Shown: one piece after another, positions 11,419 through 26,279 of the stretch
How positions within the stretch are numbered: position 1 is the stretch's first letter
Layout of the letters: each line of letters opens with the position of its first letter
DNA from: Moniliella sp. 'wahieum'
Taxonomy: Eukaryota
Reading direction: 5' to 3'
Length of the DNA stretch: 64,000 bases
NCBI GenBank assembly: GCA_003971905.1
Contig: RSEE01000030.1
Location: 496,001 to 560,000, forward strand
Translations under genes and position numbers: made by a program
Notes under the pieces: model-generated
Told to the model about the DNA's origin: nothing
What the model saw: only the letters and a program-made list of their open reading frames with translations
Database searches by the model: none

Positions 11419-13904
11419 GGTGCTGGGCCTGTTGCATTTTGGCCAGTTGGGCTTGATGCAGTTGGGCCTGGTGTTGGGCTTGCAGTTGGGCTTGCTGCAT
11501 CTGAGCTGCCCCTGGCCCCTGGGCTTGGGCTTGGGTCTGGGCTCGAGCTTGAGCTTGTAGTTGGGCTTGGTGGGCATGAGCTTGGCTCTGAGCTTGTGCC
11601 TGGGCCTGTGCGACCTGAACGGCCTGGGCTCGCGCTCGCGCTTGAGCCTGCGCTTGAGCTTGAGCGTGGGCTTGGACTTGAGCGTGGGCATGCTGGACCG
11701 CAATCAAGCCGGGGGGAACTTGGCGAAGGATGTGCGCAATGTTGTGCGGGCCCAACTCAGTGATGAGCTGGACCTTGGTTTGCAGCGAGGCTGCACGAAC
11801 ATCCTCCAAACTCACTCCCTGCCGCTGAGCGGCAGTGGAGATGAGAGCAGACTGCTGGCCATTGCTCAACCGACTAAGCCAGTGGGTGAGCTGAGCCAAG
11901 GTCATACGCTCAATGAATGCCACAGCTTGCGCCATCTCGTTCGACATGCCCGCCTGAGCTCCGACCGGATGGCCTCCAGGGGTCGCCACGCCCGCAGCGG
12001 GAATCGACATGTTCGACCCCATCACAACACCCGAGCCCTGAGGTCCAGGCACGCTTGACCCGCTCTGTGACGCCGTCCGCATTGGCGTTTGACTTTGTCC
12101 AGGAGGGCCCATTCTTTGTCCCGGGTAGGGAGAAGCGGAATACACACCCGCTTGGCCTGCAACCTGTTGACCTACTTGCCCAGGCGAAGAGGCAGGAGGT
12201 GACGCAGCATAGACTGCCCCGGCATGCGCGTATTTCTGGCCGTTTGGACCCATATGGGGACTAGACTGGGCGAGTACGCCAGCTTGGGACATGCTCAAAC
12301 GGCCCACCATGCCAGGATGGGAACCGGCATGCGGCGGCGGCACAGCAAACTGCGGTGCTCCGGTAGGAGTCGTCGCTGGAACTGCCCTCCCTGCCGCCAT
12401 TGCAGCGGATGGGTCCGACGTGTTTGCCCCTGTGCCTGAGTTTGAATCGGAAAGAGCGGAAGTGACCCACCCTACGCCCTTGGAAGCTCCGGCGTTACTG
12501 TTTGCTTGGCCGCGCACGATGGACGGGAATGAGGTATGAGCGGTCACACCAGCACCAGAACTGTTCGATCCACCGCCTTGGGACTCAGTTTGAAACCTGC
12601 GCAACGCAGCTTGGTACGCGGCAAAAGTACGCGCCTCGACACTTTGATGGTATGTTCGGGCGCTTGCGCTACCCCCACCCGAGCGCGCATTGAACAGGTC
12701 CCAGAAGAGGTACCAATATCTGGAGAAATGGTCAGCGTCAATCGTGATTTGGGGTCAGAGGAAACTTACTCGAACAACAAGCCTTGAGGCGTTTTGAGTG
12801 GCACCTCAGGTACTTCATCCAGACCAGCATCGGATATCAGGGCTTGTGCTGCAGAATCATACCCACGGCGTTTGCAATAGTCCCACACGTATAGATCGAG
12901 CTTGTCGGCTTCTTTTCCCCACCGAAATCCTGGTGTTGAAAGAGAAGGGGCGCTTCGGTAGTCTCTGCCCGTGATGCCGACTTGGGTCTGGACGATGGCG
13001 CGGCGGGAACTGTTCCATTTGATTGAGAAGAAGATTCAGCCAGTCCAGTGAAGGTGGTGGTAGGACTCGGTTGGGACTGAAGAGCCCGAGAGCCTCTCCG
13101 CGCACCCGGAGTAGAAGGGGAAGTATTCTCCTTCGATCCTTCATGCGGAGAAGGGTCGACGCAGGGCCGCTTGGCGTGCTGTTCTGGACCTTGTTCAGAC
13201 ACCGATAGAGAGCGTTTGCGAGTGGAGCCCACGTCGCCACTGGGGGCCCCAAGAGCATCACCAGCGCCACCCTCGCTGCTGTGCACACTGGTGGTGCTCG
13301 CATCGGGCTGATGAGCAGGGGCAGCGGCAACAGCAATGCTAGCATTTGTGGCGCTGTGGTTGTCGCTATCGCTGCGGCTTTGGCTGCGGCTGCGGCTGAC
13401 GCCACTGCGGGCATTCTGCCCACTGTTTGGGTCTTTTGGGTCCGAGGTGGCCTGGCCATTGATGGAGACAGGGCTTGCGTCAGCATTGCTGGTCGGGGCC
13501 TCACCGGGGATCTGAGGAGGGTCGCTCATGGGAGCTGTGTTCGACTCATCCACACCAGCCTCAATGCCCGACGCGTCGGTAGGGGCTGCGCCGAGCGGCA
13601 ACGCGCCTGGGCTGGTGGGGGCGGGCTCGGCCGGGGCAGAGGCGGGTTCCGGAGCAGGAGCAGAGGGAGGAGGCGAGGACGACGCGTGTGGAGAGGTAGA
13701 CGAAGGAGCAGCAGGAGGCTCCAGGCCGTTTGGTACAGAGAGGCTGTTGGCGAGCCAAGCGTCCCAGTCCGCATCCGGCGGGGGCGGGGCGGAGGAGTTG
13801 GGGGCCGCGTCAGGGGGTTGGGGCGGGTGTGGCGGATGGGGTTGTGGCTGCTGCTCTGGCGGCAGCAACTCACCACCCACAGACTCGGATACAAGCGCGT
13901 CCAT
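10041..13904 (-). CDS. LisH/LUFS-domain, glutamine-rich transcriptional regulator (Flo8/Som1/SomA/Mss11-like); intron 12720-12769; several frameshifts
   Basis: After a frame correction near 12915 and splicing of GTAAGT..GCTGAC..CAG the protein reads [57 protein letters not shown], a LisH plus LUFS motif. Also has (QA)n and polyQ tracts and an acidic-hydrophobic C-terminus [20 protein letters not shown]. Confidence 0.8.
11221..11416 (-). repeat. CAG/CAA trinucleotide tract encoding polyQ (read as poly-S/N in the ORF track because of a frameshift)
   Basis: Long (ctg/ttg)n run on the + strand inside the LUFS gene. Confidence 0.85.
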
Positions 13905-16900
13905 GTTGGCGGGGACGACGGCAGCGGCGGAGGCGACGACGAGGCTGAGCTGAGAGCGGATGCTGATGGTGGTCGTCTTCTTGCTTCCGCCCAGCCGCGT
14001 TGGGCCCAGCGGAGGTGTGCGGCCACGGCAGCCCCGTGCCCTCGGGCCGGCAGCACCCCGACGCAGCACGGCGCGAGTGTCGAGCCAACCCTGCACAGGC
14101 GCTGCCATGGCGCCAGTGTCGACGCCCGTGCGAGTGGTTGGACACTGGCCCCGTGCCACCGCATCCTTTGTCGTGTCCAGCCCGGCAGCAGGCCGCTGCC
14201 CACACGGTGCGAGCGCCAGCCAGAGCCCGGGCCAGGCACAGGGGTTGCCTGCGCATCCGCGTATAACGCATGCGGCGCGTTGTTGTCGATGCCGAGCTGG
14301 GCCGAGCAGTGGCCGCAGGGATGGAGCACTCAACACTCCACTGGGTGGTCTACTGCACCCACACTCTCATCGCGCCACGTCGGCATCGCCTCCGCTCGTT
14401 CACGTGGCCTGGAAGAGTCACAGAAAAGCCGTGGTGCACAAGCAGGTGTGGCCTGGAAGAGCCACGGAAGGCTGCCAGTGGTGCACAAACCTTCTATAAT
14501 CGTTTTTGTTACTCAGAGTTAAACTTGTTCTGCCCCCCGCAGAGAAGCGGCACGCAACCGTGGGCAGAAATGCTCTCTTCGCCAGAAACGAGCCACGGCT
14601 GGAGAGCCCTATTGCGTTTGATTATCGCACTTTCGCGATCAATCCTTCTCTTTTCGCCTATACCTTCCTAACGACCGTCCCCCCAGCAGCAGACCCTTAT
14701 TGTCCACTGCACAATCACGCGTTGCCTCCCTGTCTCGGCATGAACACGTGGGTTAGCGTTCCGTTGTGCCGTTGTGGAATGGTAGGCTCAACACGTTATT
14801 CAACGAAGAAATACACAGTATTATATCTCTTCTGCCCAAAGCTTGCTTATATCTCCGGTCTTTTTTGCCTCTGTTTCTCGCCTTACATACAGCATACTTG
14901 CCCTCTCCCCCCCTCTACAAACCCACGCGTATCCGTTCCATCTGAGCACAAATTCCTATCAACTTGACTATTACTACATCGTCTCGACCTCTAAATGCCG
15001 GAGGCGCCTATAGTACTCTCCTCAGGCCTCAGGCTTCAGCCATACTTGTGTGAACACCACCTCCCTCGTCGATGGTCGTTCGTTTGCTACAGTAGGTTCC
15101 CGGTAGGTCTCCTCCTGCGTGCTGGATGATGTGACATATGGTAGTCTTACTCATAATGGGCCTTGGTAGCATCAGGGAAGTCGCCCTTTGAGCCTTTTGT
15201 CGGGTTCGTCCCCCTCCAGCTGCTACGAGACCACGAGTGTCATATAGTTGCTCTTAGTCACACTTCCCTCCTGATCTCTCTTCTCCCGCTGGTCAATGTT
15301 CCATGCCCTGCAACTTGACCTCACCCCAAGCAAGTTAATCGATATAGTATCCGATCTGGGTGATGTTTCTGCATTTCTTCGCCGGCATCGCTAGCCAAAG
15401 AGTCCTACATATAGAGTATCTCATTACTTTTCTGTCCGGCTGACTGTGCACTTGATCGAAGAACCGTCTGTTTGGGGCCCTCTATCTCTATACTGTAGCC
15501 GCGTCATTATTGGCAGAAAAGGCTGTGGAACAAAGAGACGCTGTGCCCAAACCGACCCGCTCATCCGGCGTGTGTTACTTATTGGCACCAAACCCGTTCA
15601 AGGGAACCCAGGGGGATCGCTATACAGCAGATCAGGATCCTCTGGTGCAGGCCATCCATTTCCATATACCCGAGCTATTGCGCTTCTGGTTACGGACGAA
15701 CGGAGAGAGGTCAGAGTGCGGTGGGCCATCTCCATCGAGACTCAGTAGTGAATATTTCCAGCGCCCAAACATCTTACTGGCCGTCTTGGTGGCATATAGT
15801 ACCATTGCGTCGTGAGAACCAAGAGGAAGAAAGGTTCTTGGGTGCATCCTGGTACTTGGCGTTCTTGTTGTGATCTAAGCTTCTCGTTCTCGTTGTGAGA
15901 TTCTCTACTCATAAATGATGCCTTTTACGTTTCTTGCTGAGGATGTGGAGGGAAATCTCTGCCCTCGATTTACTTTGAGCCTTTCTGGCTTTGACTTTCC
16001 CGTGCCTGACTGTCATGAGTGTGGAAGTTTTCCTACTTGCTCTGTGCTTCTCTCTGAGAGCCACAGTGATCTCGATTCATTTCCCCTTTTTCGTTGTCGT
16101 GTCTGTTCCATATATATATAAATCCTGCCTATATGCCTATATAACCCTGATGTATTCATGTTACTTCCCCCCTATTATAGCGGTCATGTCGTTTATTCGT
16201 CTTTCCTTTCGTCGTCTTTTAGTCGTTTCTTTCGTCCTTCGTCCTTGTGCAACATCATTTGCCAATCCATCCTTGTAACCTACCACGAAACTCCCGTCTT
16301 ACTTTTCCTTCACCAGCAGTCCCACCGACTTGATTCGCAAGGCCCCCTCTTGCTCTTTCCATATCCTGTCAACGGGGAATTCATGGTCGTCGATCTCCAG
16401 CTTTCAGCCTCTCTCTGTATACGGATCCCACGGCGATCCTACAACAGTTGAGTTGTTCCGTGACAGGACCTACCCTACCCTGCCTTTGCCTGCGTCAACC
16501 TTCCAACCAACCCTTCAGGATTGCATTCTGGTTTCCTGCTGTAGAACGGTCTCCTTTGTAGAGACTACTATCACCACTACAATTTCCTGTCTCCACCCCA
16601 TTCATGGTCTACGTGTTGCTTCCCTTTTAGCATCCCTGCCACCCAATGCAATGGTTCGTGGGTCCGCCCCTCGACGATTCATTGATGGCGTCCCCACTTT
16701 CGTCAATTGATACGGTATATACAACCAACTCCTCTTTTAATTGCCTCATATGCTCTTCTCCTCCACTTCGCCTCTCAGCAGATACCTATTTCTTAGTTCC
16801 AACTATCCGCCTCAGTCTTCGGCTTTCCCGTATCCAATCCGTGGAGCTTCCATCAGTCCGACAGCGTTTAGTCTCACTGCTCCAACGTCAGTTTTCCCGC

Positions 16901-18610
16901 GCTTCAGACCAAAAGTCCGGGCGCCTTGTCTTCCATCGCATCTTCTCCCCCGTCTCTCCAAAAACACGAAGGGCTTCAGACAAGTCGCTGCTGCTCCCCG
17001 CGCGAGTTTAGTTAGTACAATCCTCTGGAGGTCACAGAATGGTTGACTCGCTATAAGATGTTGGTGCTTGGGCTTAGTACACAGTGGTTCTGATAGGAAC
17101 TACGGGAAGCCAAAGGAAAGTTCCTTCGGCATATATAGCAAAGGCGGCAGATTATGCGGCAAAGGTGCGTCTGCACTGCCTTTTGGGCGGTAGTAACGTC
17201 GTGAAGTCCGTACTGACTTGGGGACGGGAGGAGAGGAGCAGGGGAAAAGCTGCCCTGACAGGGAGATTATTGGGGCGGGAACAGGAATAAACAGTTGAAA
17301 CTGCTGTGCGGGAGTGACTGAAAGTTTAGAGACTGGGGGCTGGAAAGACGGCAACTGAGCGACTGTGAAGAAGAGATGGATCCCTGGGGGAGGCGAAGAA
17401 TGGAGAGCATAGGCAAAGAGAAGAGGAGGACTTGCCTATAAGTAACGAAGAGGGGGGGAACTGGAAACAGAGACGCCAATCGATCTTGGTGGGGGAAAAC
17501 CGCGCTTCTAAATCTCTATATCAAAGAAAATATTACAGGAAGTGTATAAAGGGGAACAACTCACAGTAGAGGGAAAACGCAGAAACGTAAGGGAGAGAAG
17601 ACTGCTGTCTCGCGGGGGTCAAGGGAACAAACATATACAAGGCGAGCCGAGTCTCACAATAGGAGAGCCCAGTGGTGATGCATGATGTTCGAAGTAAAAA
17701 GCAAACAGCAGGGGCGACTGCCCTCGCCAAAAGTATGTATAGGGTCTGTGACCACCTCGTGTGTGCCATCGGAGATGGTACACGACCACTGGACGATCAT
17801 GATTAGATTGGGGTCGGGAACGAGCCCCGTTTAGCGTCCGGAACGGGAATAAGGGCTATAGGCCCGCGGTAGACCAGGCCGAGCCAGAAACTAAGGAAGC
17901 GCGCAGGCACCGCCGGGATCATCACCGATTCGTCTTGGCGCGGACCCCACGGTTCTTCTGTAATAGAGGTGAAGAAGTGATACATATCCGTGCGCACATC
18001 TCTCCATTCCATGATAAAGCTATATCGATAGGGGCGCCCTTTCCACCTCCTATCGTGTTGGACATACTTTCGGCGCCATACGGGACCCTGCCCGGGCCGA
18101 CCAAACGGAGAGTAATGGCTGGAGATGTTGTTCGGCACGCTCTCCTTCTTTCGGTTGTTGGATACCACCCAAAAGGATCCTTGTTCGCACGTCTCTTCCT
18201 TTTCTCAGTTGTCAGTAGGTATACGAGCCAAGTTTCTTCATATTAATTCGCACATCGCTCTTCTTCCTGCGCTCGTCAGGCACAAGAGTGAAAGCCTTCT
18301 TTTGGTCGGCGGGGACGGAGGTGGATTTGGCAGCTCTCATTGTTCGCCGTCCAACGCTCGCCTGCTCATCTGAGAGCTGTAACAGAGTGCGGGCTCTATT
18401 GCCACAAGGACCAATGTCCGCCGCGCGGCACTGCTGCATAAGGGTCAATAGGGATTGGAAGGGGATCGGCATGCTCCACCGGCTCGCCAGTCGCGGCCGT
18501 AACATACAACAACAAAATCATTAATCGATCGACTTCAAAGTCGAAGAAGAATTATCTCTGCGTGCCCAAAACAGATAAGGATAGTAAACAACACACGCTG
18601 CCTCAAGCGG

Positions 18611-19260
18611 CCTCAGTACTGAGTACAGGCCAGGCATCGGGGCCTCATCAAAATGTCTATCCAACACAAAAGCGTATCAAGGCAGGCACAACGCCCTGTG
18701 GCACACCACACTCCTGTCACCAAATAATGCCCTCACGCATGAGTCAATTACTCAACGTACTTTCAGCAAGGAATACTTTCAGCAGGCAATGGAGACCTGA
18801 TTAATGATTGGCCTGATTACCGGTTATCCTGAGGCCCGAGTTACGAAGTGTAGCAGAGCGTAGCTTATGGCTCGTATGGATATGGGCCCCACAGTTGCTA
18901 TTCTTTTTTTAATCTCTGCTAGGCACATCCGCTCTACGCTGTGGGGGGCAACACTTGCCCTGTGCGCTAACGGCCGATCACTGTTCGCCGATCACCCTCG
19001 GCTCCGGTCCCGGCGATGCAGCGCCAAGCTCGCAAGGCCTCAAACTCGGGCCTCAGGCCCTCAGGCCTCAGGTCTCACAGATCTCAGATTTCAAGCGAAG
19101 CTTGGAGCTTGAAAATTGAAGCCGCCAAGCCTCTCAAAAAGCCTCACCGGTCACGGCCAGACAACGCCAGACACCACCACATCTTATCAGTCCTCAGGCC
19201 TCAGGGAAGCACACTGGCCCGGTGTGCTTATCGTTCCTGAGGCCTGGGGTCTGAGACTCT
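18611..19260. repeat. Cluster of degenerate 7-bp-period palindromic units (AGTACT, AGGCCT, AGATCT, AAGCTT, ATTAAT, ACCGGT)
   Basis: AGTACT-G-AGTACA (18615), AGGCCT-C-AGGTCT (19063), AGATCT-C-AGATTT (19079), cctcaggcctcagg (~19192). Confidence 0.7.
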
Positions 19261-20578
19261 ACACCTGAGCGTCCGATGGTGGTCAGGCTATATTCCCGTA
19301 ACTGTGGCCAGGTGCCAAAGGGCCAGTTTTGGTTGTCCGATTGGCTCGCTTTATGCCACGGGGGCAGTTAAGAGTAGCCCCGGGGATAACCCGGGCCGCC
19401 GTTGGAAACTTTGAGCGGTGTTGGGGTTACGAGGGTGCGTCCCGCATGTTCCTCCATGTGTCTGCCCGTTAGCGGGGGGAAGGCTGCGGAGGAGTGCGAC
19501 TGGGCAGTACTTTCTGGCACCTACTGGGGCACTGCGGACATACCCCCCAAGCGCGCACGAGGCCTCTTCTGTGCCTGCCCTTCTCTCCCTCCTGTGCTGA
19601 CCGGTGACCATTATCGCGGGCTCTTTTGGCTTCCCTCAATATCCCAATCCTTCGTTAGGTCTTAGGTCTTAGGCCCTTCCCGCTCTTATCGTCTGGTGTG
19701 ATACTCGCCACAATCCTAGGGTGTGGTTAGTAGGATCCACGGCGCAACACCGTCCGCGCTCAGTGCCCCGGCGCGTGGTGGCAGCCTGCAGCATGGTCCC
19801 CTGTTTCGTTTGCGACTATCAAAGTTTCGAGGGCAGCACCAGGCCAGCACCACCCCAGCCTCAGATCCTTCCTGGCAGTACAGCAGTGTCATGTCTTGTT
19901 CCGTGGGCTGGGCACTGCAGTCGAGTGTCCTCTAGTGCCCAGCGCCCGCCTGCAGACAGGCGCTGTGAAGCGACAAGCCCTGCCCACGCAGGGGCCAAGG
20001 AGGAATCCGTGGCGGGAAGGTGGCACGAGGGCAGCGAAAGACCCGCCAGAGCTGCGGCAGGCCGCCGTGGCTGTGGCGTCTTGGCTGGGGTGCGGGCTGG
20101 CAGGAACCAGTTGGTACAAGTGCTCCTCCGCGCGGGCGCACTAGGCCCTAGGGCCAGGCGCTAGATACTCCACGTGACTATTGTGACTAGTGACTGGGTG
20201 GCTAAGTGACCAGTGAGTGCGACAAGAGTGGCCCCGGGTGGCCCTCGCCGAAGGAACGCCTGAATCTCAGGGCGAAACACCCGAGAGCGAGGCTCTTCCA
20301 TTGCGAGCCCAGAACGCAACGCCAGGCACAGAAACAGCAGGCATTTTTTCTTTGGCTCGCCCCCCCCCCCCCCGCTACCAAACCCACTCCAGTGCAGGAT
20401 AGCAAACGCGCAGGAACTAGCCCGGCCTTTTTTAAGCCGAGCGCGTAGCCCCTCTGTCGCTTGTTTTTGCGTCCCTTTGGCCTCTCCTTCCTTCTCCGCC
20501 ACCTCCTCCCTTTCTGAGCTCCCTGCTCCGACCATATCTTCCCGTCGTGAACGTTGAACCTCCTTGCGCGTCTCCGCC

Positions 20579-22244
20579 ATGAGTCTCCACTCGTCCGACA
20601 TCGAGAAGACACCCACCGCCGGTTTCGCTCACCCGGACAGCAAGCAAGTGTACTCTGATGAAAAGGACGCCATCAACGATCAGATTGATATCGCTTCCTA
20701 CAACAACCCCAACGAAGAGGACCCTGACAATGCAACACCCATCCACTTGCCGGACAATGGTTTTGGTCGGTTCATTGGCACCGTTGGCCGTTACAACCGA
20801 AAAGTCGAGAAGCTACTTGGCATCGAGGCCCGTGGCTTCAGCGTGTCAAGGCAAACGAACGTACCGACCCGCATTTGTACGGTAACCTGATGGTCTGGCT
20901 GGCTGCAAACTGCACATTGCCCACAGTGTCGATTGGTGTATTGGGCCCGTTCGTCTTCGGGATGCATCTCGGCGACTGTCTCCTCACCATTGCTTTCATC
21001 TGCCTCTTTGCCGGCTGCTTGCCGGCCTACTGTGCCACTTTTGGTCCTAGGCTCGGCTTGCGCCAGATGAACCTCCCGGTTCTCGTGGGGGTACTATGGC
21101 GCCAAATTTGTCGCCCTGCTCAACTGCATGGCTTGCGTCGGGGTCCATCAGCAACACCATCGCCGGTGCTCAGACACTATCGGCTGTGGCGGATTTTAAG
21201 GGCGCCTTTACTTCGGGTGCGGTGTAGAGTGGTTATCATTGCCATCATTACTCTTGTGGTGGGGCTGTTGGCTACCGTGTGGTGCACTGGTACGAGCAGA
21301 TTGCTTGGTTCCCTACGGCTGTTACCCTGCTGGTCATGCTGGGTGTCAGTGCCAAGCACTTTGTCTCTCAACCCATGATGACTGGCACGGCCGAGGCGGG
21401 TGCGGTCCTGAGTTTTTGCCGGTACAATTTGGGGCTTTGTCATTGGCTGGGTTTCGCTCGCGTCGGATTACAATGTGTACATGCCAGAGGACGCTTCGCG
21501 CAAGCGGATCTTCTTCTACCTATGCAGGTGTCGTCACTCCCTGCATTTTGCTCATGTGGCTTGGCAGCGCAATCGCCAGCGCCGCCATCAGCGTCGCCGA
21601 CGCAGACGGCAACATTCTTCCCAACGCCAGCCCAACGTTGGTCAAATGGTACCACGGTTATGAGGACGAGGAGTTGGGCGGTTTGTTGCGCGCGGTGCTG
21701 GTGGGGCCGATGGGCGGGGAGGCAAGTTCTTCATGGTTCTCCTCGTGCTTTCGGTTGTGGCCAACAACATTGTGAATGTGTACTCGATGGGTCTTTCCAT
21801 TTCGGTCATCTCCCATTACCTCGCTGCCCTGCCCCGTTTGATTTGGCCCGTCGTCGTCAGGCTATCTACATTCCGCTTGGGATTGTCGGATACCACTCCT
21901 TTGCCTCGACCTTGGAAGACTTTATGTCGATTCTGGGCTACTGGCTGGCCATCTTTGTCACGGTCCTACTGGAAGAACACTTTATCTTCCGAGGCAATGA
22001 CTTTGCCAACTACCATGTGGAGAACTCGTGGAACAACAAACGCAAGTTGCCCGTTGGCTTCGGCGCTCTGGGTGCCTTCTGCTTTGGTGCGGCCGGTGTG
22101 GCTGTAGGCATGAGCCAAGTGTGGTACACTGGCCCCATTGCCAAAACGTTTGGCGGCGACATTGGATTTGAGCTGGCCTCGGGCTTTTCCGGACTCGCCT
22201 ACCCTGTCTTCCGCTACCTTGAGATCAGGTACCTGGGACGCTGA
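20579..22244 (+). CDS. FCY2: NCS1-family purine-cytosine permease (Fcy2/Tpn1-like); frameshifted
   Basis: LGIEARG, WLAANCT, GVLGPFVFG, AYCATFGPRLGLRQM, DYNVYMPE, VVANNIVNVYS, LEDFMSILGYWLAIF..LLEEHFIFR, LPVGFGA, GMSQVWYTGPIA, GDIGFELA..YPVFRYLE. Confidence 0.85.
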
Positions 22245-23313
22245 AAGTTGTGCCTATATCCCTTCACGCCTTGCGTTTCCGTCCTCTTCCTCCCCTCTGA
22301 TGGGTAGAGACAGAGGTTTGTGGGTCATCTGGGTCGTGTACAGTGGGACGCGTTGCCCCCCCCCTCGGCTTTTTAGCCCTTGTAGCAGACTGTTGACCTA
22401 GGTCTTGCCTGCATGCATTTTCCTCTCTACATGTCACGATACGCGTCACGGTCCTCGTATCATATCTTCCGTCTGTATATCTGTACTTAATTGTGATACT
22501 CTCGCTGAGGATGCCACCGCCCCCTTTCACAGGTCAGTAGACTCCATTTGAAAGCCGTCAATAGATAGGAAGAAGCACCTTATCGAGAGCCCTTCCACCA
22601 AACGATACGAGCGTGGCTACTAGCGACAGGCTCCCATCGAGGCTTGACAGGGGTGCACGTATATGCGGTCCCGAGGAGAAGAGACAACGAGAGAAGTGAG
22701 AGGCGTGGAACAGAAGAAACGAAAAAGATGCTAATCCACTAATGCACTGAGGCTCTGTCGGAGGATCTAGACCAAAGAGCCAGCCGTCCTGTTGACTCAC
22801 TTGTAACTACGCAAAAGAAAAACAGCCATTCTTGCTTCAGGTCTCCCCCCCGTGTGAGTCCTGGCAAGGTGTGAGAAGAAAATGCATTTGGTCTCTTCTG
22901 GACAAGCGGTGGCTTCGGCCACCGTCATCGGTTGCACCGATATGCGACGCGGCCCGGCGGTCCAATAGACCTGGAACAAGATGGGTGCATGTGCCGTGGC
23001 ACAGAGCTTACGGACGAGCTGGCAGCAAACACTACCACACAGAAAGGCGAACGACTCATATTCCCCACGTTGCCCCCGACACAAATTGCCCTGGGAGGCT
23101 ATAGCAACAACTGTGTGCCGATACATACGAACTTCTAGAAAGTGATGTGAAGACTAATTTCATTTTCGTCAACAGAAAGGTGAAAGGTCAGAGGTCAGAT
23201 CTCAGACGATCTCAGAGGCCTGTCGGAAACGGATAGGCCGTGTTGTTCCAAGAAGTCCGCTCGTCTGGGACGCACATAAGGTGGGCTGGCTCATGGGATG
23301 TGCTGAACTATAA

Positions 23314-23394
23314 GGACGGCTGGCGCAATGGTAGCGCGTCTGACTACGACTGGTTGTAATCAGGAGGTTGCAGGTTCGACCCCTGCGTCGTTCG
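23314..23394 (+). tRNA. tRNA-Arg(ACG) with 9-nt intron (23350-23358)
   Basis: Acceptor GGACGGC/GTCGTTC, D-arm GCGC-AATGGTA-GCGC, anticodon stem TCTGA/TCAGG with CT-ACG-A, T-arm GCAGG-TTCGACC-CCTGC; T-run downstream near 23413. Confidence 0.92.
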
Positions 23395-24208
23395 ACCCGA
23401 CAGGGCGTCCTATTTTTGCCGCTGTGGTCAATGGCATCACGCATCAAACCTTCAGAACTCCATCAGTGCATCAGCTCCGCCCACCCATCGCTCATCGAGG
23501 TTGAGCATATCATGATCAACCCACATTTGTGGAACCCGCACGAAATGGCAGCCGTTGAAGCGGCCCTCGTGCTGCTTGAGCAAACAACGCGTCCGTGCTC
23601 GGGTCATGGTTGAAGCTGCCGCTACCAAACGAATGCCTCCCAGGTGTCCAGTCATATAAGATGATGATTGAATATATTGATGCCACATCCCCCCGAACCG
23701 CCCACATCGAGGGACATTGATGTTGATGAGATATCAGAGTGGGGCTGAGAAAAGGACCCTGAGGATTGACGGGACAGAGATCTATGATACGTTATGCAGG
23801 CCAAAAAGGTATTGGGGGAAAAGGGTGTGCAAGGTCAAATGAACACAGGGACATAAGGGACGGTTCTGTGCAACGGAAGAGAGGAGAGGCGAATCCAAAA
23901 ACGCTACAAGACAGACAGGTCCGGAGAACAAAAGGAAGAGTGCAATGGTATCTTTACTGGTTGCAGCAAGGCAAGACATGTGTGCGCCACGGAGTGCGAG
24001 GCCGTAAGGAAAATAGAGGCAGGAGGAGAGCGGGCGCGGGGGGGGGATATCAGCAAGGGAGGTTGTGGGTCCCATATGACGTAAACGCATCTTACTCTGC
24101 CCCAAGGAGATGGAGAGGACAACCGGCTCACCTGCGGAAGAGATGGTGGGCGGGATGGTAGGGGTCATCCATAGTTCGGGATGGGGGCGGAGTTTGTCCC
24201 GCACCAAA

Positions 24209-26010
<1,802 letters not shown>

Positions 26011-26279
26011 TGTGGCAGGGCCGGCGGCGGGGAGGCTGGGCGAGGGAAGGTGTGGAGAGGAAGGAGTGTGGTGGTGCGCAGGACAGAGGGCTGGCGATGA
26101 AAGCGGCGCTGCTTGAGAGGAGGCTCGATGCGCAACCTGCCTCGATCGACTCCACTTTTCACGAACGGGGGCGGCTGGCGGCGGCTGGCAAGCGCAAAGC
26201 GACGCCATAGCCGCATTAGGCTTACATCCTATATCGCCGCCTCGCGCGCCCGCAGCACGCCAGTCTACCCCGGCGAAGC

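Noticed and set aside
19655..19676. Telomere-like TTAGG repeats
   Set aside because: Only three TTAGGTC/TTAGGCC heptamers; better explained by the general 7-bp repeat tendency.
23655..23750. Box C/D snoRNA (ATGATGA ... CTGA)
   Set aside because: No terminal stem or recognisable rRNA guide; such short boxes occur by chance.
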